In this document: positions 13,666-30,181 of the stretch, one piece after another | How positions within the stretch are numbered: position 1 is the stretch's first letter | Layout of the letters: each line of letters opens with the position of its first letter | Source: the human T2T-CHM13v2.0 reference genome, Homo sapiens | Length of the DNA stretch: 64,000 nucleotides | Direction: 5' to 3' (one strand) | Assembly (NCBI RefSeq): GCF_009914755.1 | Contig: NC_060926.1 | Program-made: the position numbers and the translations under genes | Notes under the pieces: generated by a model | The model's database searches: none | Told to the model about the DNA's origin: nothing | Seen by the model: the letters and a program-made list of their open reading frames with translations, nothing else

Positions 13666-15197
13666 CAACTTAGCCCCGTGACCAGGAATTGTTACTGCTG
13701 TGGTCATGCTCCAGCCTTGTATTCCAGTTGCCATATCTGAGATTCTGATTTCCTTGATCCACTAGGACCTGGGTCATGTCTTACATCTCCCTAGTTCTCT
13801 TGGGTGCTCAAATGCTGTTTCCTTGCCTGAGTCCCTGTGGGACTTATATGACACTTCAGTAGGCTGGTCTGTTACCTTCTACCTGAGGCTCCTTGAGCTC
13901 TGCTGAGAACATTGGAAGTCACAGTGGACTTTCCCAGATTCCTCCTGCCCTCGTTCTCTAATTGCCTTCTGCTTCCTTCTGATAAACCTGCCTGGATCAA
14001 CCTTTTTACCTTTTTACCTGTCTGACTCTGTTTAGCCTCTGGCTCCTGGGTTTTCTGATCAGGATCATACTATCACTTAGAGGTTTGTTGAAGTCAAGGA
14101 AAACTACTACCTAGAGTTGATAAATTAAAGATGACTTATACATTTTTTTTTCAAAAAGACAAGTGATCCAAATTTGTTGAGTTTTTCTTTGACAAATGGC
14201 TGTCAGAAATAATGGTACAAAGCAGATATTTTCTAATTAGACATACTTGATTTGTCTTTTTAAGTGAAAGGTGGTATATTAATGAGGAGGAAGGCAACAG
14301 GATTTGAAAAAAAAATCTGTGCTATGGATAAAGCATTGGGAAACATGTATGGAAATTGTTAATTTATTGCTGAAAGTGATGTATGTCATTATATATGAAA
14401 ACTCTCATAGTATATGTTTTAAACATAAGGAAATGCAATTTTCTAACCAGTTTGTTTCTCGTGGAGTTTTGAATGCTTTCATTAAAAGTATAAAAAATTC
14501 AACATATTCCAGGTAGTTTCCAGGTACTAGTAAAATTCAGCTGGTGTATTTTTTCCCTGATGTCAGCCAGAACATTTGACTGACGTTAGGGAAAAAAATA
14601 TACTAGCTGAATTTTACAACAGTATTTGCATAAAAGGGGTATAAACACTAAGTATGATGACTCAGCGACTATAGGTATGGAGCTGTTCTTCCATTGGATC
14701 TACCTATTTTAGTGAAGTTTTGTTCTCAACTTTGACAGCCATTAAAATCTAATATTACAATGACCTCTTAAACTAAGGATTAAAAAAAAAGCATATTCCA
14801 TGAAAATGCTTTCTCAAAATATTGTTATTATATTTAGTGAGAGCAAAACAGGATTTTGTGCTATGTGAAATGGTATATAATAAGAGAAGATGCAAATATC
14901 GAAGCATATTATTCATCTTGATTTCATTCTTTAAAATATTATTTTTGTGTATGTGTGGTAATGCACACAAGACTGCAGTCATATGTGTATCTACTTTATC
15001 AATAAACTTATTCGGAAACATATGCTTTGTTTGTTTGTGTGTTTGTTCGCTGATGGGGTGAGGAATCAAGATCATACCATCCAGTGCATAGGATACTTTG
15101 CTTGGGAAAAGAAGCCTGTGTGATTCTGAAGAGCTGCCAGGTGGAAATGGTAATAGATATGTGCTATTCTGTTCTGGAAAGTAGATACAGGATTCAT

Positions 15198-15440
15198 AAT
15201 AATAATGGTCAACATTTATTGAACACTTCCTATGTACCAGGTACCGCACCAAGCACTTACTATCGATTATTTAATGTATTCCTCTCCACTACCTTAGGAG
15301 ACAGGTACCCTTACCATCCTCATATTAGAGTTGAGGATGCTCAGCTGAGAGAAGTCCAGTAGCTTTCTCAAAGCCACATAAGGAGAAGCACAGCTAGAGG
15401 TTGAATTTAGATTTTTCTTAACGTAAAATTTGGGTGCTTA
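15198..15440 (-). mobile_element. MIR
   Basis: aacatttattgaacacttcctatgtaccagg...gctgagagaagt...aagccaca. Confidence 0.75.
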
Positions 15441-15477
15441 TTGTTGTCTTACCTTAAAGACAGATTCTAATTCATTA

Positions 15478-15640
15478 TGAGAGTTGCCCAAGAAGAAATG
15501 GATTGTGCTGCTAAGCATGTGGTTCCTTATCTCTGCAACCATAGAATTATTATGTCCAAGTAACTGTATGGAGGGTTTTATTCCTGAAGAGGGCCTTAGA
15601 CTCCGTAACCTCTAAGATGCCTTCCAACTTAGAAACTGAG
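15478..15640 (+). mobile_element. L3/CR1 3' end
   Basis: Ends tagactccgtaacctctaagatgccttccaactt, a CR1/MIR3-type tail. A possible further CR1 piece lies near 14540-14700. Confidence 0.5.
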
Positions 15641-15654
15641 CATTTCTCTAGAAA

Positions 15655-15921
15655 CGGTATTTCCAGAAATACAAATACTTTGTTTGTGAATGAAATGCTA
15701 CAATGGTCAAATACGTTTAGTGAATGCTGGGTTAATAAGGTTAATTAAGCAGCTTGTTTCCTGCAGGATTCTCAGAGCCTTTACCATGATATTATTCATT
15801 ATAAGTTTCCAAGAGAAGGAAATAGTCTGCTGGCTTTCCCAAACATACTGACTTTGGACTCCCACATCATTGTATAGTATATCCTGAGTTTGGTGTTTCC
15901 TAGTTCAACCTTGGAAGCTCT
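15655..15921 (+). mobile_element. MER103C-like hAT-Charlie fossil
   Basis: ggtcaaatacgttt...gctgggtta...ctgcaggattctcagagccttta...tttcccaaac. Confidence 0.7.
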
Positions 15922-16976
15922 GCTAAAAGCTAAAGCATTTATGTCACCTTCTTTTACTGTAGACTAATTCTTCAAAAAGACTATTACTATTAGGACATGG
16001 TTGGTAAACTCTGTCTTAGGAGGAGTATTCCATCAGTCAGCACACTCCATTCTTCTACCGTGATGTACATCAGAAAGTTCACAATACACAAAATCAGAAC
16101 TGTATTGGTGAAAGGGCAGACTATGTCCAGTGAATTTTGGTTTACTCTCCACCACCAAGTTTGCACATTTTAGGATGGATCTCTTAGATTATAACTAGGG
16201 GAGGTAAAGCAAGGGACTCTGTGTAACTACGCTAGGGTTGTAAATGATATCAGTCTCAAGGTCAGTTTCCTACCCCTAGTCCAACAATTAACTTCTACAT
16301 ATAACCAGATTAGGGTAAAAAGAATCACGGCAAACTAAGTCAAAAGGGAAGTAAACTTAGGAGAAATCTTTGAGAAAATAGGCCTGACTTGAATGTAAAA
16401 AAATAAATAAGTTTGTGATGGGCTACTGTGTAGTTGTCACTATTGATGTTTGTGCTTTTAACTTGGAGCAAGCTATCGGATACCTCCGTGGCTAAGGCAG
16501 AGCTCAGTGTAGCCAATGTCATAGTTGGAGTTTTCCCTGAGACACAGTGGTAGAAGAAATGTTACATTCCAGGTTTCTGGAAACCAGTTACACAATTCTT
16601 AACCTCTCATGCACATTGGGCATGAAAGTAGTGTGGAGAGTTAAATTCGGGGAAAGACTTTGTGAGAAGGGTTTCTGGAGAAAGCTGTAGATTTTTCCCT
16701 TCCTATTCCTGTACCATGGAAAGGGTGGGGGCTGCTTGCTGCTTCACTTAGGTTGAAAGAGGGACTTTAGAAAGACCATGTGGAAAGTTTCATAGCTGCT
16801 CCCTCTAGCTTGGGGAACACAGTGACCAGTGTCTGAATTTGAGCTGAGTGAGAGGCTGGCTAAAGTGGCAGTAGACCAGAACACTGCTAACTGAAAAGGA
16901 ACTGCAGTCCTAGGAACTGGTTACAGAGGTCACAAGTCTGACCCAGATTTTTCTTCTAAGAAAAAAAGACTTGAAA

Positions 16977-17385
16977 ATAAAGTAGCCTTATTATTTGTGT
17001 AGCACATACCTGACAAAGGTATTTCATATGATCTCATTTGACTTTACAATAGCCTTCTAAGGTAAACATAATTATGATTACCATTTTACTGATAAGAGAG
17101 GCAAGGCTTACAGAGAGTAACTGACCTGCTCAAAATTTCTAGATCTGAGCCAGAAATAATAATGGTTAATACTCACCTATTTCATTGCCATAAGCTAGAC
17201 ACCATTGTAAATGCCTTACCTGTATTAAAGTCATTTAACGCTTCCCATAACCCTATGAAGGAGGTACTATTATAAACTCTATTTTATAGATAAGAAAACT
17301 GAGGCTTAGAGAGTTCAAATTATTGTAGCTTGTCTGATAGAAAGTAGAACAGATGGAACCTGAACCCAGGCACTCTGGCTCCCCT
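16977..17385 (-). mobile_element. Two tandem MIR elements
   Basis: Two antisense MIR cores (ccattttactgataagagaggcaaggctta; attttatagataagaaaactgaggcttagagag). Confidence 0.75.
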
Positions 17386-17839
17386 GCCTCTTGGTGATGT
17401 TGCTTCCATCATACTGCATTGGCTGTATAAGAACTTTTAAAACCTAAAGATATCTCTAGGTGAGATTCGCAGCTAACAGAGTTGCCAAGCAGCAAACTTT
17501 TGAGACCTTCTTGGATGCTGATGTTAGAATAACTTGAATTAAACTACCAATTTGTGGCAAGCAATTACTTTTAAATTACATAAGGGAGTTGCAAAAGAGT
17601 TAATATTTTAAACAGTTTGCACACCCTTCCCACAACTCATTTCTAATATTAATTATTTAGAAAGCTATTTCTTAGGTACACTTCAACTTAGCCCAAGAAG
17701 ATGATCACAAATTCCAAGTGGCAAACGTATTAATAAGGTGTCAATATTGTGTTCTGAGCACTGGGCACATTGATGTTGGCTTCATCCACATTCTAAATCT
17801 CTCTAGCTGTGCTGTGTTGGAATGCAGGATGAACTGGGT

Positions 17840-18190
17840 TGGAGTCTGACATTCCTGGCTTCAGTTCTTAATTATATCAACTATGTAATCTCTGAGTTTC
17901 AAAGACCTCATCTGTAGATTGGGAAAAATGCATACCTCACTGTTTTAGAAGATTGGAAGGTAACTTGGGTGAACAGAATGCTTAGTTCAGAATCTGCCAT
18001 CTAGTAGATGCTCAGTAAGCTCAGTGTCCCTGGGCCTTCTTCCCCAGTATAATTTCATAATCCCATTTTGTAAGTTTGGGGAATTCAGTTAGCATTTCTG
18101 AACCTCAAGCTTCTGGTCTGTAAAATGGATCCACCAGTAAATATTTTACAGGTCTTTTGTAAGACTAGTTAATTAATACAAAGTAAAAGA
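17840..18190 (+). mobile_element. MIR fragments
   Basis: tggagtctgacattcctggcttcag...ctcatctgtagattggg; ctgaacctcaagcttctggtctgtaaaatgg. Confidence 0.6.
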
Positions 18191-18404
18191 GCTTTCTGCA
18201 TTATGATTTCTGTTACTCATGCCTGTATCACCCAGCAATACCTTAATACAACTACCAGTGCTTGCATTTCTTCATTGCTTTTAACTTTCAAAATGTTCCC
18301 ACACCCAGTTTCATCTTGCCCCTTCCTTCCTCTTCTCTCTTTACAATAACCTTTTGTTAAGAAATGAGGCAGCTATTTTTTTCTCCATTTTCCTTGAGGC
18401 CCAG

Positions 18405-18780
18405 TGTATTAGTCCCTTCTCATGCTGCTATGAAGAAATGCCTGAGATTGGGTAACTTATAAAAGAGAGAGGTTTAATTGACACGCAGTTCCTCAGGGCT
18501 GGGGAGGCCTCAGGAAATTTATAGTCATGGAGAAAGGGGGAGCAAACATGCCTTCTTCACATGGTGGCAGCAAGAAGAAGTGCCGAGCAAAGGGGAAAAG
18601 CCCGTTATAATACCATCAGATATTGTGAGAACTCGCTGATTGTCAGAAGAACAGCATGGGGGTAGCAGCCCCCATGATTCAACTACCTCCCATGAAGTCC
18701 CTCCCCAACATGTGGGGATTACAATTTGGATTACAAATCAGGATGATATTTGGGTGGGGACACAGAGCCAGACCATATCA
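18405..18780 (-). mobile_element. THE1 (THE1C/D-like) MaLR solo LTR inserted in a MIR
   Basis: TGTATTAGTCC...GGGTGGGGACACAGAGCCAGACCATATCA. Flanks gcccag/ccccag. MIR sequence continues on both sides (about 18340-18850). Confidence 0.9.
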
Positions 18781-21700
18781 CCCCAGGAGGCCCTGTTACT
18801 TGCTTACAAGTTCTCACAGGCAGGGCCAGGGCTGGAACCTGGGTCTTTGGATCTCCTGTAAAGAAAAGAGCTTATCCCTGATGTCTTGCTAAGTGAATCT
18901 GTGTCTATGTGGCTCCTGTGGTTTGGTCATTGTCCAGAGAGACCATGATGGATGATCATTGTGAGGGAGGTTGCCTAGCTGCTTCCCTTGCAAGTCCTTC
19001 AAGCATGCCAGGCTTTCTCTTCTTAGCACTGCTGTCTTTGAATTCCAAATGGGTGAGGGAAAAGCTCACTGCCTCTTGAACTAGATGTTATTTGTGGATT
19101 GTTTTCTGTGGGTGAGCTCGTGATTAAACCACAGCAGAACATTTTTGCGATGTCTGTTGAAGATGAAAATATTCTTTTGTGGAGCATTTTTCACTTCAGT
19201 GTTCACACTCTGTGATGCCCCAAGATATTTCTCTAAAAACAGCAGCTGCTCCCCTCTCTACCCAAACAAAAAGGTTCCAACCACTCCAGCCCACATTCTC
19301 ATGAAGGGCCACTGTGTGCAGACCCTGTATTCTGTGGGGACCTAGAGATAAACTGGACACAGCCCTTGCTCTGGATTGGATGTCAGTGGAATCTAGTGGG
19401 GAAATCTCCAGCTACTTTGTGGTTTCCCCGTCCTGATCTGGCTGACTTGTGAGTCCCTGGATGCATTCCTCCTGCAGACTTGCCCTTGGGGAAGACAACG
19501 TCCTTCCCAGAAGGATAAATCAAGAGTTTGGGGGCAGCTGGGACAATTCAGCTAGAATATTCCTGTACCAGGATCTTATCGCCTAAGAATACACGTTATG
19601 AAAGATAAAGTAGAAGAGATGAACAAATAGATGGAAGCAAGGAAAAAGTGGGTCTCTCTCAGCAAGTATTTCAGAGTGGGGCGAGGACCAGGTGCAAGCA
19701 TCTGGATCACAGCCAGGTTTCTATAAAAGAAAAAATGAATAATCCTCCCTCCCTGCACTGGGGATATAGTGATGGAGAAAACCTGGTCCCCCACCCCCAC
19801 CCCTTGGAGTAGTGCAGAATCTGTCACTTGAGTGACACTCTCCCTTCTCTCCATGTCCTGACTACCCTTGCTGCCCACTGCCCTGCCCTGCCTCCTCTGG
19901 CCCATCCCCATGGAGATGGGTAGCTCTCAATGTGTGGCCTGTCCCAGGGATAATTGCAAATCTAAAAGGGTCTCTAAGGACAAAGATATCTTTTAAACCT
20001 CCCAATATGAGGCTTTAGTAGTGGAATAAGAGGCAACAGTTTATTTTCCATGGAGGTGGGGTATTTGCCTAATGTCTCTTCAGTTTCCACTGTCCACACT
20101 GTCATTCTGTCTGTGCCCCAGGCAGGCCCTGCCAAGGATTTCTCCTTCCCAGGCCAGCTCTAATGGCTGCTGGGTGCTTTCTGCCTCTTAAATATCATTT
20201 CCACATCCAGTGCCTCTCAGGCTCTGCTGAGGTGGTTGTTCTCATTTGTCAGGGACTGGGGTGGCAGGAATACATCTATGACTGTCCTTTAGCTCTAGGA
20301 GCTGCACTTTAGCTGTGCTTAATTTATGAGTAATTTACAGCTGATTTAAGCTTCTCACTGCTTCTGCAAGATCTCAGCATTTGAATCCTGGGGAAGAGGA
20401 GCTGGGAAGTGAAGTGGTCTGCAAGATGCCAAATGTTCTTATCTTGCAGAATCACTTCCTCTTTCCATACAGGGCCCCTCGTGTGGGGCCTGAATATGAT
20501 GAACTCAGGACAGGCAGTGACACTGGGAGCCCCAGATTCATGAAGATCACAGTTCAGAAACCAAGCACTTCAGGGCTAGAGTAGATCTTAGAGGATTTTC
20601 TATTTTCCTCATTTGACTAGCCTCTTGAAGCATATTTTGTTATTTTCAGTTTGCAGATGAAGAAACTGAGACCTGAAGAGATTAGTACATCACTGGCTGA
20701 TGGGAGTGTCTGATGAGGATGATATAGCAATAAGAAAAAAATCAGAGCTAAGCTTTACTAGGCTAATCTGAGACTTGCTTTTCACCCAGTCCTCTCTAGA
20801 CTTGTCCTTATATCTGATTTCTGGTGATGAAAGACAGACAGGTCTTATTTCAAAATTAATGAGGTAAGGATACAACTACCTTGTAAGAAGGCATATCCTA
20901 TGAAAATAAAATTGCACCGAATCTGCAAATGGGTAGAGTAGATGGTCACCTATGTGCTATTTGAGTGGGTCCTGTAGAAATTTTCTCTCCCTCTTGGAAA
21001 TCCCCCGTCATGGAGTCCATCACTACCAACTCTTGAGTTTAGCATTACCTTTTTCAGGTTCCTCTTTCAAAAATGCAAATTCTCCTTGAAAGGAGAATAT
21101 CAGAGTCTGAATATGTTGATATAAATTGATGGATCAAGTGATCTCTTTGCTGATGGGAAGGACTTGGGCTTCTTTCAGGAGAACGCATACTGAACAGGTT
21201 AGGGGAGAACAGGGAGGAAAGGTAAGCAGCATGAAAATGTCACCACCTTTACAATCAAGAGGTGGTCCTTGCCTCCCTGGAGATGACCGGCTTGGGCTGA
21301 AATCTCACCTTCAACATCAGTGTTCTGGAAGGAAAAGCTGGCCACATTTTCCTAGATTTGAAGATGGTAGGCAAAGTTGTCTCTGCCAGGCAGATTACTG
21401 ATAAAAAAAGCAATTGTAAATCTCGATTGTGCCCAAACATCCTTGTAGTCATGGCAACATCCTTAGATCCTTGCAACACTGACAGCCAGGAGATGGCTAA
21501 TAATTTCTTCACTATAATGACAGTCCTGCATAAGATGTCTGGATTCTCGATGAGTGATATCTGCAAGATGACTCTGTGTGGGAAGTGCTTAGGAGGAGGT
21601 ACTAGGGGAAGAGAGGGTTTTAGGGGTTACTGAAAGTGAGTGTGCAAAAAAACAAATCACTGCAACCACTTAGAAGGATGTCTGACCCAGAGATGAAACA

Positions 21701-21802
21701 TATTCCAGTGATTCTGTTTTAGAAATGTGTCCCTATTGAACCATGCCTTTCTATCCCTCTAAGCACCACCATTACTGTATCCCTGGATTATGGCAACTGC
21801 CC

Positions 21803-22251
21803 TGTGATGGTTAATATTGAGTGCCAACTTGAATGGATTGAAGGATGCAAAGTACTGATCTTGGGTGTGTTTGAAAGGGTGTTACCAAAGGAGATGAACA
21901 TTTGAGTCAGTGGGCTGGGAAAGGCAGACCCACCCTTAATCTGAGTGGGTACCATCTAATCAGCTGCCAGCATGGCCAGACTATAAAGCAGGCAGAAAAA
22001 ACGTGAAAAGATTAGACTGGCTTAGCCTCTCAGCCTACATCTTTCTCTCAGGCTGGATACTTCCTGCCCTTGAACATTAGACTCCAAGTTCTTCAGATTT
22101 GGGACTCAGACTGGCTTCCTTGCTCCTCAGCTTGCAGATGGCCTGTTGTGGGACCTTGTGATTGTGTGAGTTAATACTACTAAATAAACTCCCCTTTATG
22201 TATACATCTAACCTATTAGTTATGTCCCTCTAAAAAATCCTGACTAATACA
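21803..22251 (+). mobile_element. MLT2A1 (HERV-L) solo LTR
   Basis: TGTGATGGTTAATATTGAGTG...CCTGACTAATACA with internal AATAAA. 5-bp TSD tgccc/tgacc. Inserted in L2-like sequence. Confidence 0.9.
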
Positions 22252-22256
22252 TGACC

Positions 22257-23072
22257 CTTAACAGGTTTCCCTATTGTATAGTCTGTACCCTGCTACTGGT
22301 CAACTTACAGTCCAAGTCATTCTCATTATGTCACTCTGCTGCTCAAGAATATGTTATAACTTATTTTTTCCTACTGCGTTAGGCCTAAACTTCTCTGCCT
22401 TAATTTTTCTCCCAATCTTACCCAACCCTATCCATCCAAATCTAGTCATACTCTTTCTCAGTACACACCTTCTTTTTAGTTGGGACTCAGTTTCTTTACA
22501 TCCTTTATCATTTCCGTGGTTATTTCATTCTATTCATTTACAGTACTCACTTCTTTCTTTCCCAGGAAATTTATTCTTCTTTTATGTCTCTCCAAATCAT
22601 ATTTATCACTCAAGTTCCAGCTATGTTACCTCCAAGAAGCCCACAACAAGCTTTCCCTGACTAGTCTGGCCTGAGGCACAGGGTCAGTCTTCTCACTCAG
22701 GATCAGTGCCACACAGCTCTACAGAGGTATTGCTATTTCCAGGGGTTAACGTTTGATAGACTTTTCTCCCCAAAGGACTGAGCTCCTTGAAGTGAGAGCT
22801 GTCCATCGATATCTCCTATATCTCACACAAGCCATCCCTTCCATCCTTTCTCAACCACGCTTTCTAAAGCACGACTCTCTACTTTTACTACTTTATTTTT
22901 CTTCATAGCACCATCACCACCTGACATTATCCAACATTGTTTGACAGGACAAATGAAGCCTCTGCCCTTATAGAGCTTACATTTTAGTTGGAGAGACTAA
23001 TAGCTACAACAAAGCCTGGAGTGTACTATGACCTCAGTAATTGATTGTTGAATGATTGGCTGAGTGAATGAG
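22257..23072 (+). mobile_element. L2 fragments
   Basis: tgtcactctgctgctcaa; cctccaagaagcc; actgagctccttgaagtgagag; ttgttgaatga tail. Confidence 0.5.
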
Positions 23073-23769
23073 TTCTTACTGATTGGCCAATTCACTTCAA
23101 AAAGGATGGAGGAGAAATGGGGAGCCACCAGGCCTTTCCACCATGCACATGGCTACCATAACTTCTAAAAATGAGCCCAAGTATGGCTCTTTTCCCACCA
23201 TCATAGAGAAGTAAACATAGCTAAGCACGAAAAGTATAAGAATGATTCATTGTGTAGGGACATTGCATCCTCCTGTCAGAAGAGCCCTATAACCAAGTAC
23301 TATAGACAAGTCAGCTTACATCTCCTGTAAAATGGCTGTGTGTCCCTCCTACTGTGTGGATTGTTGAGGTTCAAATGCAACAAAGGATGATAAGTGTTAA
23401 ATTATAAATAAACATAAAAATGGGAAGCATTATTCAACCAGCTGTTTGTGTAAAAAACTGGAATTATTTTGAATAGGGATGGCAAGGGAGCTTGTGGACC
23501 ACTAGTGTTGAAAATAAACATAAAAGGCAGGGTTGAGAACTTTTAGAATTGTGCAGGATAATGTAGTTTTGCTTGTTGGAAGGACTTTTTTGGATATGTC
23601 AGGGGTTCTGTAAGAAGGCTCCTTTTGTCTTTTGAGAAACATGAATGATGTATTTCCATGATAGAATGCTGAGTAGTAGATGTCCTAAAGAAGCAGTTAC
23701 AGAGGCCTTCAAAACATTAGGAATAACGGAAAGGAAAAGAGACCCCATCACTACTGTCACCACCATCAT

Positions 23770-23990
23770 CATGATCATCATCAAATCAGAAACATTTATT
23801 GTGAATGGATAATATACCAGAAGCTTTACAATCAGTATCTCATTTAATCCTACACTGGTCTTAAAATGTAGGAATTATTATAATTTTATCTTTTCCTTTT
23901 TTTTAAGCAGAGGAGAGAGCTGAGGTACAAAGAGATGAAGTCTCTTGCATGGGCACCCTTAACTAGTAAATGGCAGGGTCAGGAATTTAA
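23770..23990 (-). mobile_element. MIR preceded by a (CAT/CAC)n run
   Basis: aacatttattg...tctcatttaatcct...gctgaggtacaaagagatgaag...ctagtaaatggcag. Confidence 0.7.
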
Positions 23991-24022
23991 TAAGAATGGA
24001 TAACATTTGTTTTGAATTTTCT

Positions 24023-27598
<3,576 letters not shown>

Positions 27599-28883
27599 AA
27601 TTTTCTAAATGTCGATCATTTGTCTAAACATATGTTTTAACTCGATGAACACAACTCGGTGATGCAGGCAATGTTAAGGTTCCTACTTTTCAGAAAGCAA
27701 AGTTAAGCCGATTATACAAGCTTATGCAGCAAATAAGGGAAGCAGCTGAGACCTGTGCCCAGACAGGTGCCACTGGATTCTTTGTGCTTCCTTGCTACTC
27801 TGAGCTGCCTCTTGACTCCCTGCCCTCTGTCCCCTTGCCGTGCTACCTCCAAAAGCAGTTCAGCTTTTATAACCAGAAAAGCTACTTTTAATACTCCTAC
27901 CAAATTAAATTTAAGGGACAAACACAGAAAAGAGAGAGAGGGACTTAGCTGAGGGTTGGGAAAGAAACAGCCTGGATTGCTGAGGGGAGTCCCAGTGAAG
28001 AATCTCCTGGAATTGTTCCCACCTGAAGAAAGCAGATGTCATGGCAGCCATTAACAGGCATCATAAGGAGGTCTAACAGGCCCACATCTGAGTGGAAGAT
28101 GGTTGTCAGTGGGGCATGGGGGTGGGGCTTACAGCACTGTGTGAAAGGTTTGCTAAAATGGAATTATGGTTTATTGAGCAGCAAAGAGAAACATCCAGCT
28201 GCCTGAGAATTACTTTAACAGGATGCAAAGGCAAGAAAATATTGTGTAAACCTTATTTACAGATCAATAGACAATCTTTCATACACAAAAGGTCAGCTCC
28301 AGGAAGGCAGAGCAGTAAAGAAAGAAATATTGCCTGTAAATACAATATTGACTTAAAAAAATCCACCCAGATGAATCCTTTGATGCATATTCTTCAAGTT
28401 AAGAACACTTCTTTATTCATGAGTTTTTTTTTCCTAACCACTTAAGGTTCCTCAGTGAAGCATGAAGGCATTGATGAAGAGCACTGATTTCTAGTTGTCT
28501 TGAATTCTGTGCCATCAAATGAGCAGCATGAGATGGCATCAACAGGGAGAGCTTCAGAACAACATTTTTAAGTACCCGTATGCAGAAATTAGGACATTCA
28601 AGTCAAGTAGCAACTCACCCCTACCCCTTGTAATCTCCTGCTTCAGTGGCTGTGATGATTAACATTTATCCTGGCTTAAGAAAAAAACAAAATGAAACAA
28701 AACCAACAACTCAATCCTACTGGTCCCCACTGAATTCCTTCATCCATTTTGCATTTTTTCTCTTGAAGCAAGTAGTTCATCATCCCAAAGAATATCTGAA
28801 ATCGTTGCCATCTACCTCTACCTGGCTGCTGGAGCATGAAGCTGTTAGGACTCCTGCTCAGATGAAAATAAGCATGGAAGATA

Positions 28884-29336
28884 TGCTATGGACTGAACTG
28901 TGTCCTCTCAAAACTCAATTGTTAAAACTCTAATCCCCACTGTAACTGTATTTGGAAATAGAACTTCTGGTAGGTAATTAAGGTTAAATGAGGTCATAAG
29001 TGTAGGGCCCTAAACTTGTTAGGATTATTGCCATTATATAAGATAAGACACCAGAAACTCATTCTTGCTCACTCAAGTCTCTCTTTCTCCTTTCTCTCCA
29101 CCTCTCTCTCCCTCTCTCTCTCTTTCTCTATCTTCCCCCCCCACCCCCACTTTCTCACTCTCACTCTTGGTACTATTTGAGGACACAGGGAGAAGGCAGC
29201 TGTCTGCAAGCCAGGAACCAAATTGGCCAGTACCTCTTGGACTTCCCAGCCTCTAGAACTGTCAGAAATAAATTTCTGTTGTTTAATTTACTTAGCGTAT
29301 GGTATTTTGTTATGGTAGCCCAAGCTAACTAGTGTG
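28884..29336 (+). mobile_element. MLT1A-type MaLR solo LTR with internal CT-rich expansion
   Basis: TGCTATGGACTGAACTGTGTCC...ggacttcccagcctctagaactgtcagaaataaatttctgttgttta. Confidence 0.85.
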
Positions 29337-29463
29337 AGGTGGAAGCTTAATTAGGTTTTGTTTCCCTGACAAAATCTTTCAGATTTAGAGGGCCACCTAT
29401 GAGTTTAGGTGATCCCTCTTAGCAGTTTGGAAAATATTTCAAAGAGCTAGAGTCTTAGCCCTG

Positions 29464-29570
29464 AATATATATATAAATATATATATATATATAAATAAAT
29501 ATATATATATATAAATATATATATATAAATAAATATATATAAAAATATATATATAAATAAATATATATAT
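29464..29570. repeat. Pure A/T interrupted (TA)n/(TAAA) repeat, 107 bp
   Basis: No G or C over the interval. Confidence 0.95.
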
Positions 29571-29772
29571 GGTTTATTTATTTATTGCAGGTAGAAGTGC
29601 CTTTGGAAGGCAGAGTTGCCATACACTGAGGAGGAGTACATAGCTGGGAAAGGTCCACCCTGGGCAGTAAGTCAAAGCCTTAAGATAGACAACTCTTGGT
29701 CTCAACTCCCTAATGGGAAATCTACATAGCAGTGGATGTGCAAACATTTTGTATAGTGTAGAATTATATAAC

Positions 29773-30181
29773 TGCAATGAATTGAACGTTTGTGTCCTCC
29801 CCAAATTTATATGTTGGAACCTAACCCTCAATGTGATGATATTTAAGGGTAGAGCCTCTGGAAGGTGATTAGAGTTAGATAAGATCATCAGGGCAAGACC
29901 CTCACAATAGGATGAATGCCCTTACAAAAAGAGGAAGAGACATGGGATCTCTCTTTCTCTCTGTGTATATGCACCAAGGTAAGGCCATGTGCATATACAT
30001 TGTAAGGATGCAATGGGAAGATGGCTGTCTGTAAACCAGGAAGAGGGCCCTTACCAAGAACTGGCCAGCTGGCATCCTGATCTTGGGCTTCTAGCCCCCA
30101 GGACCATGAGAAACAAATGTTTATTGTTTAAGCTACACAAGCTACAGTAGTCTGTTAGAGCAGCCCAAACTGACTAAGAAA
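29773..30181 (+). mobile_element. Second MLT1A-type MaLR solo LTR
   Basis: tgaacgtttgtgtcctccccaaatttatatgttg...gagcagcccaaactgactaaga. Confidence 0.85.

Noticed and set aside
14773-15252. Longest non-L1 ORF (159 aa, minus strand)
   Set aside because: It starts inside a MIR at a non-ATG codon and has no recognisable homology. An ORF of this length is plausible by chance in 64 kb.
28884-30181. Two same-orientation MLT1A LTRs read as one provirus
   Set aside because: Only about 440 bp separates them, with no recognisable MaLR internal sequence, and the two LTRs differ substantially. Independent solo LTRs are more likely.
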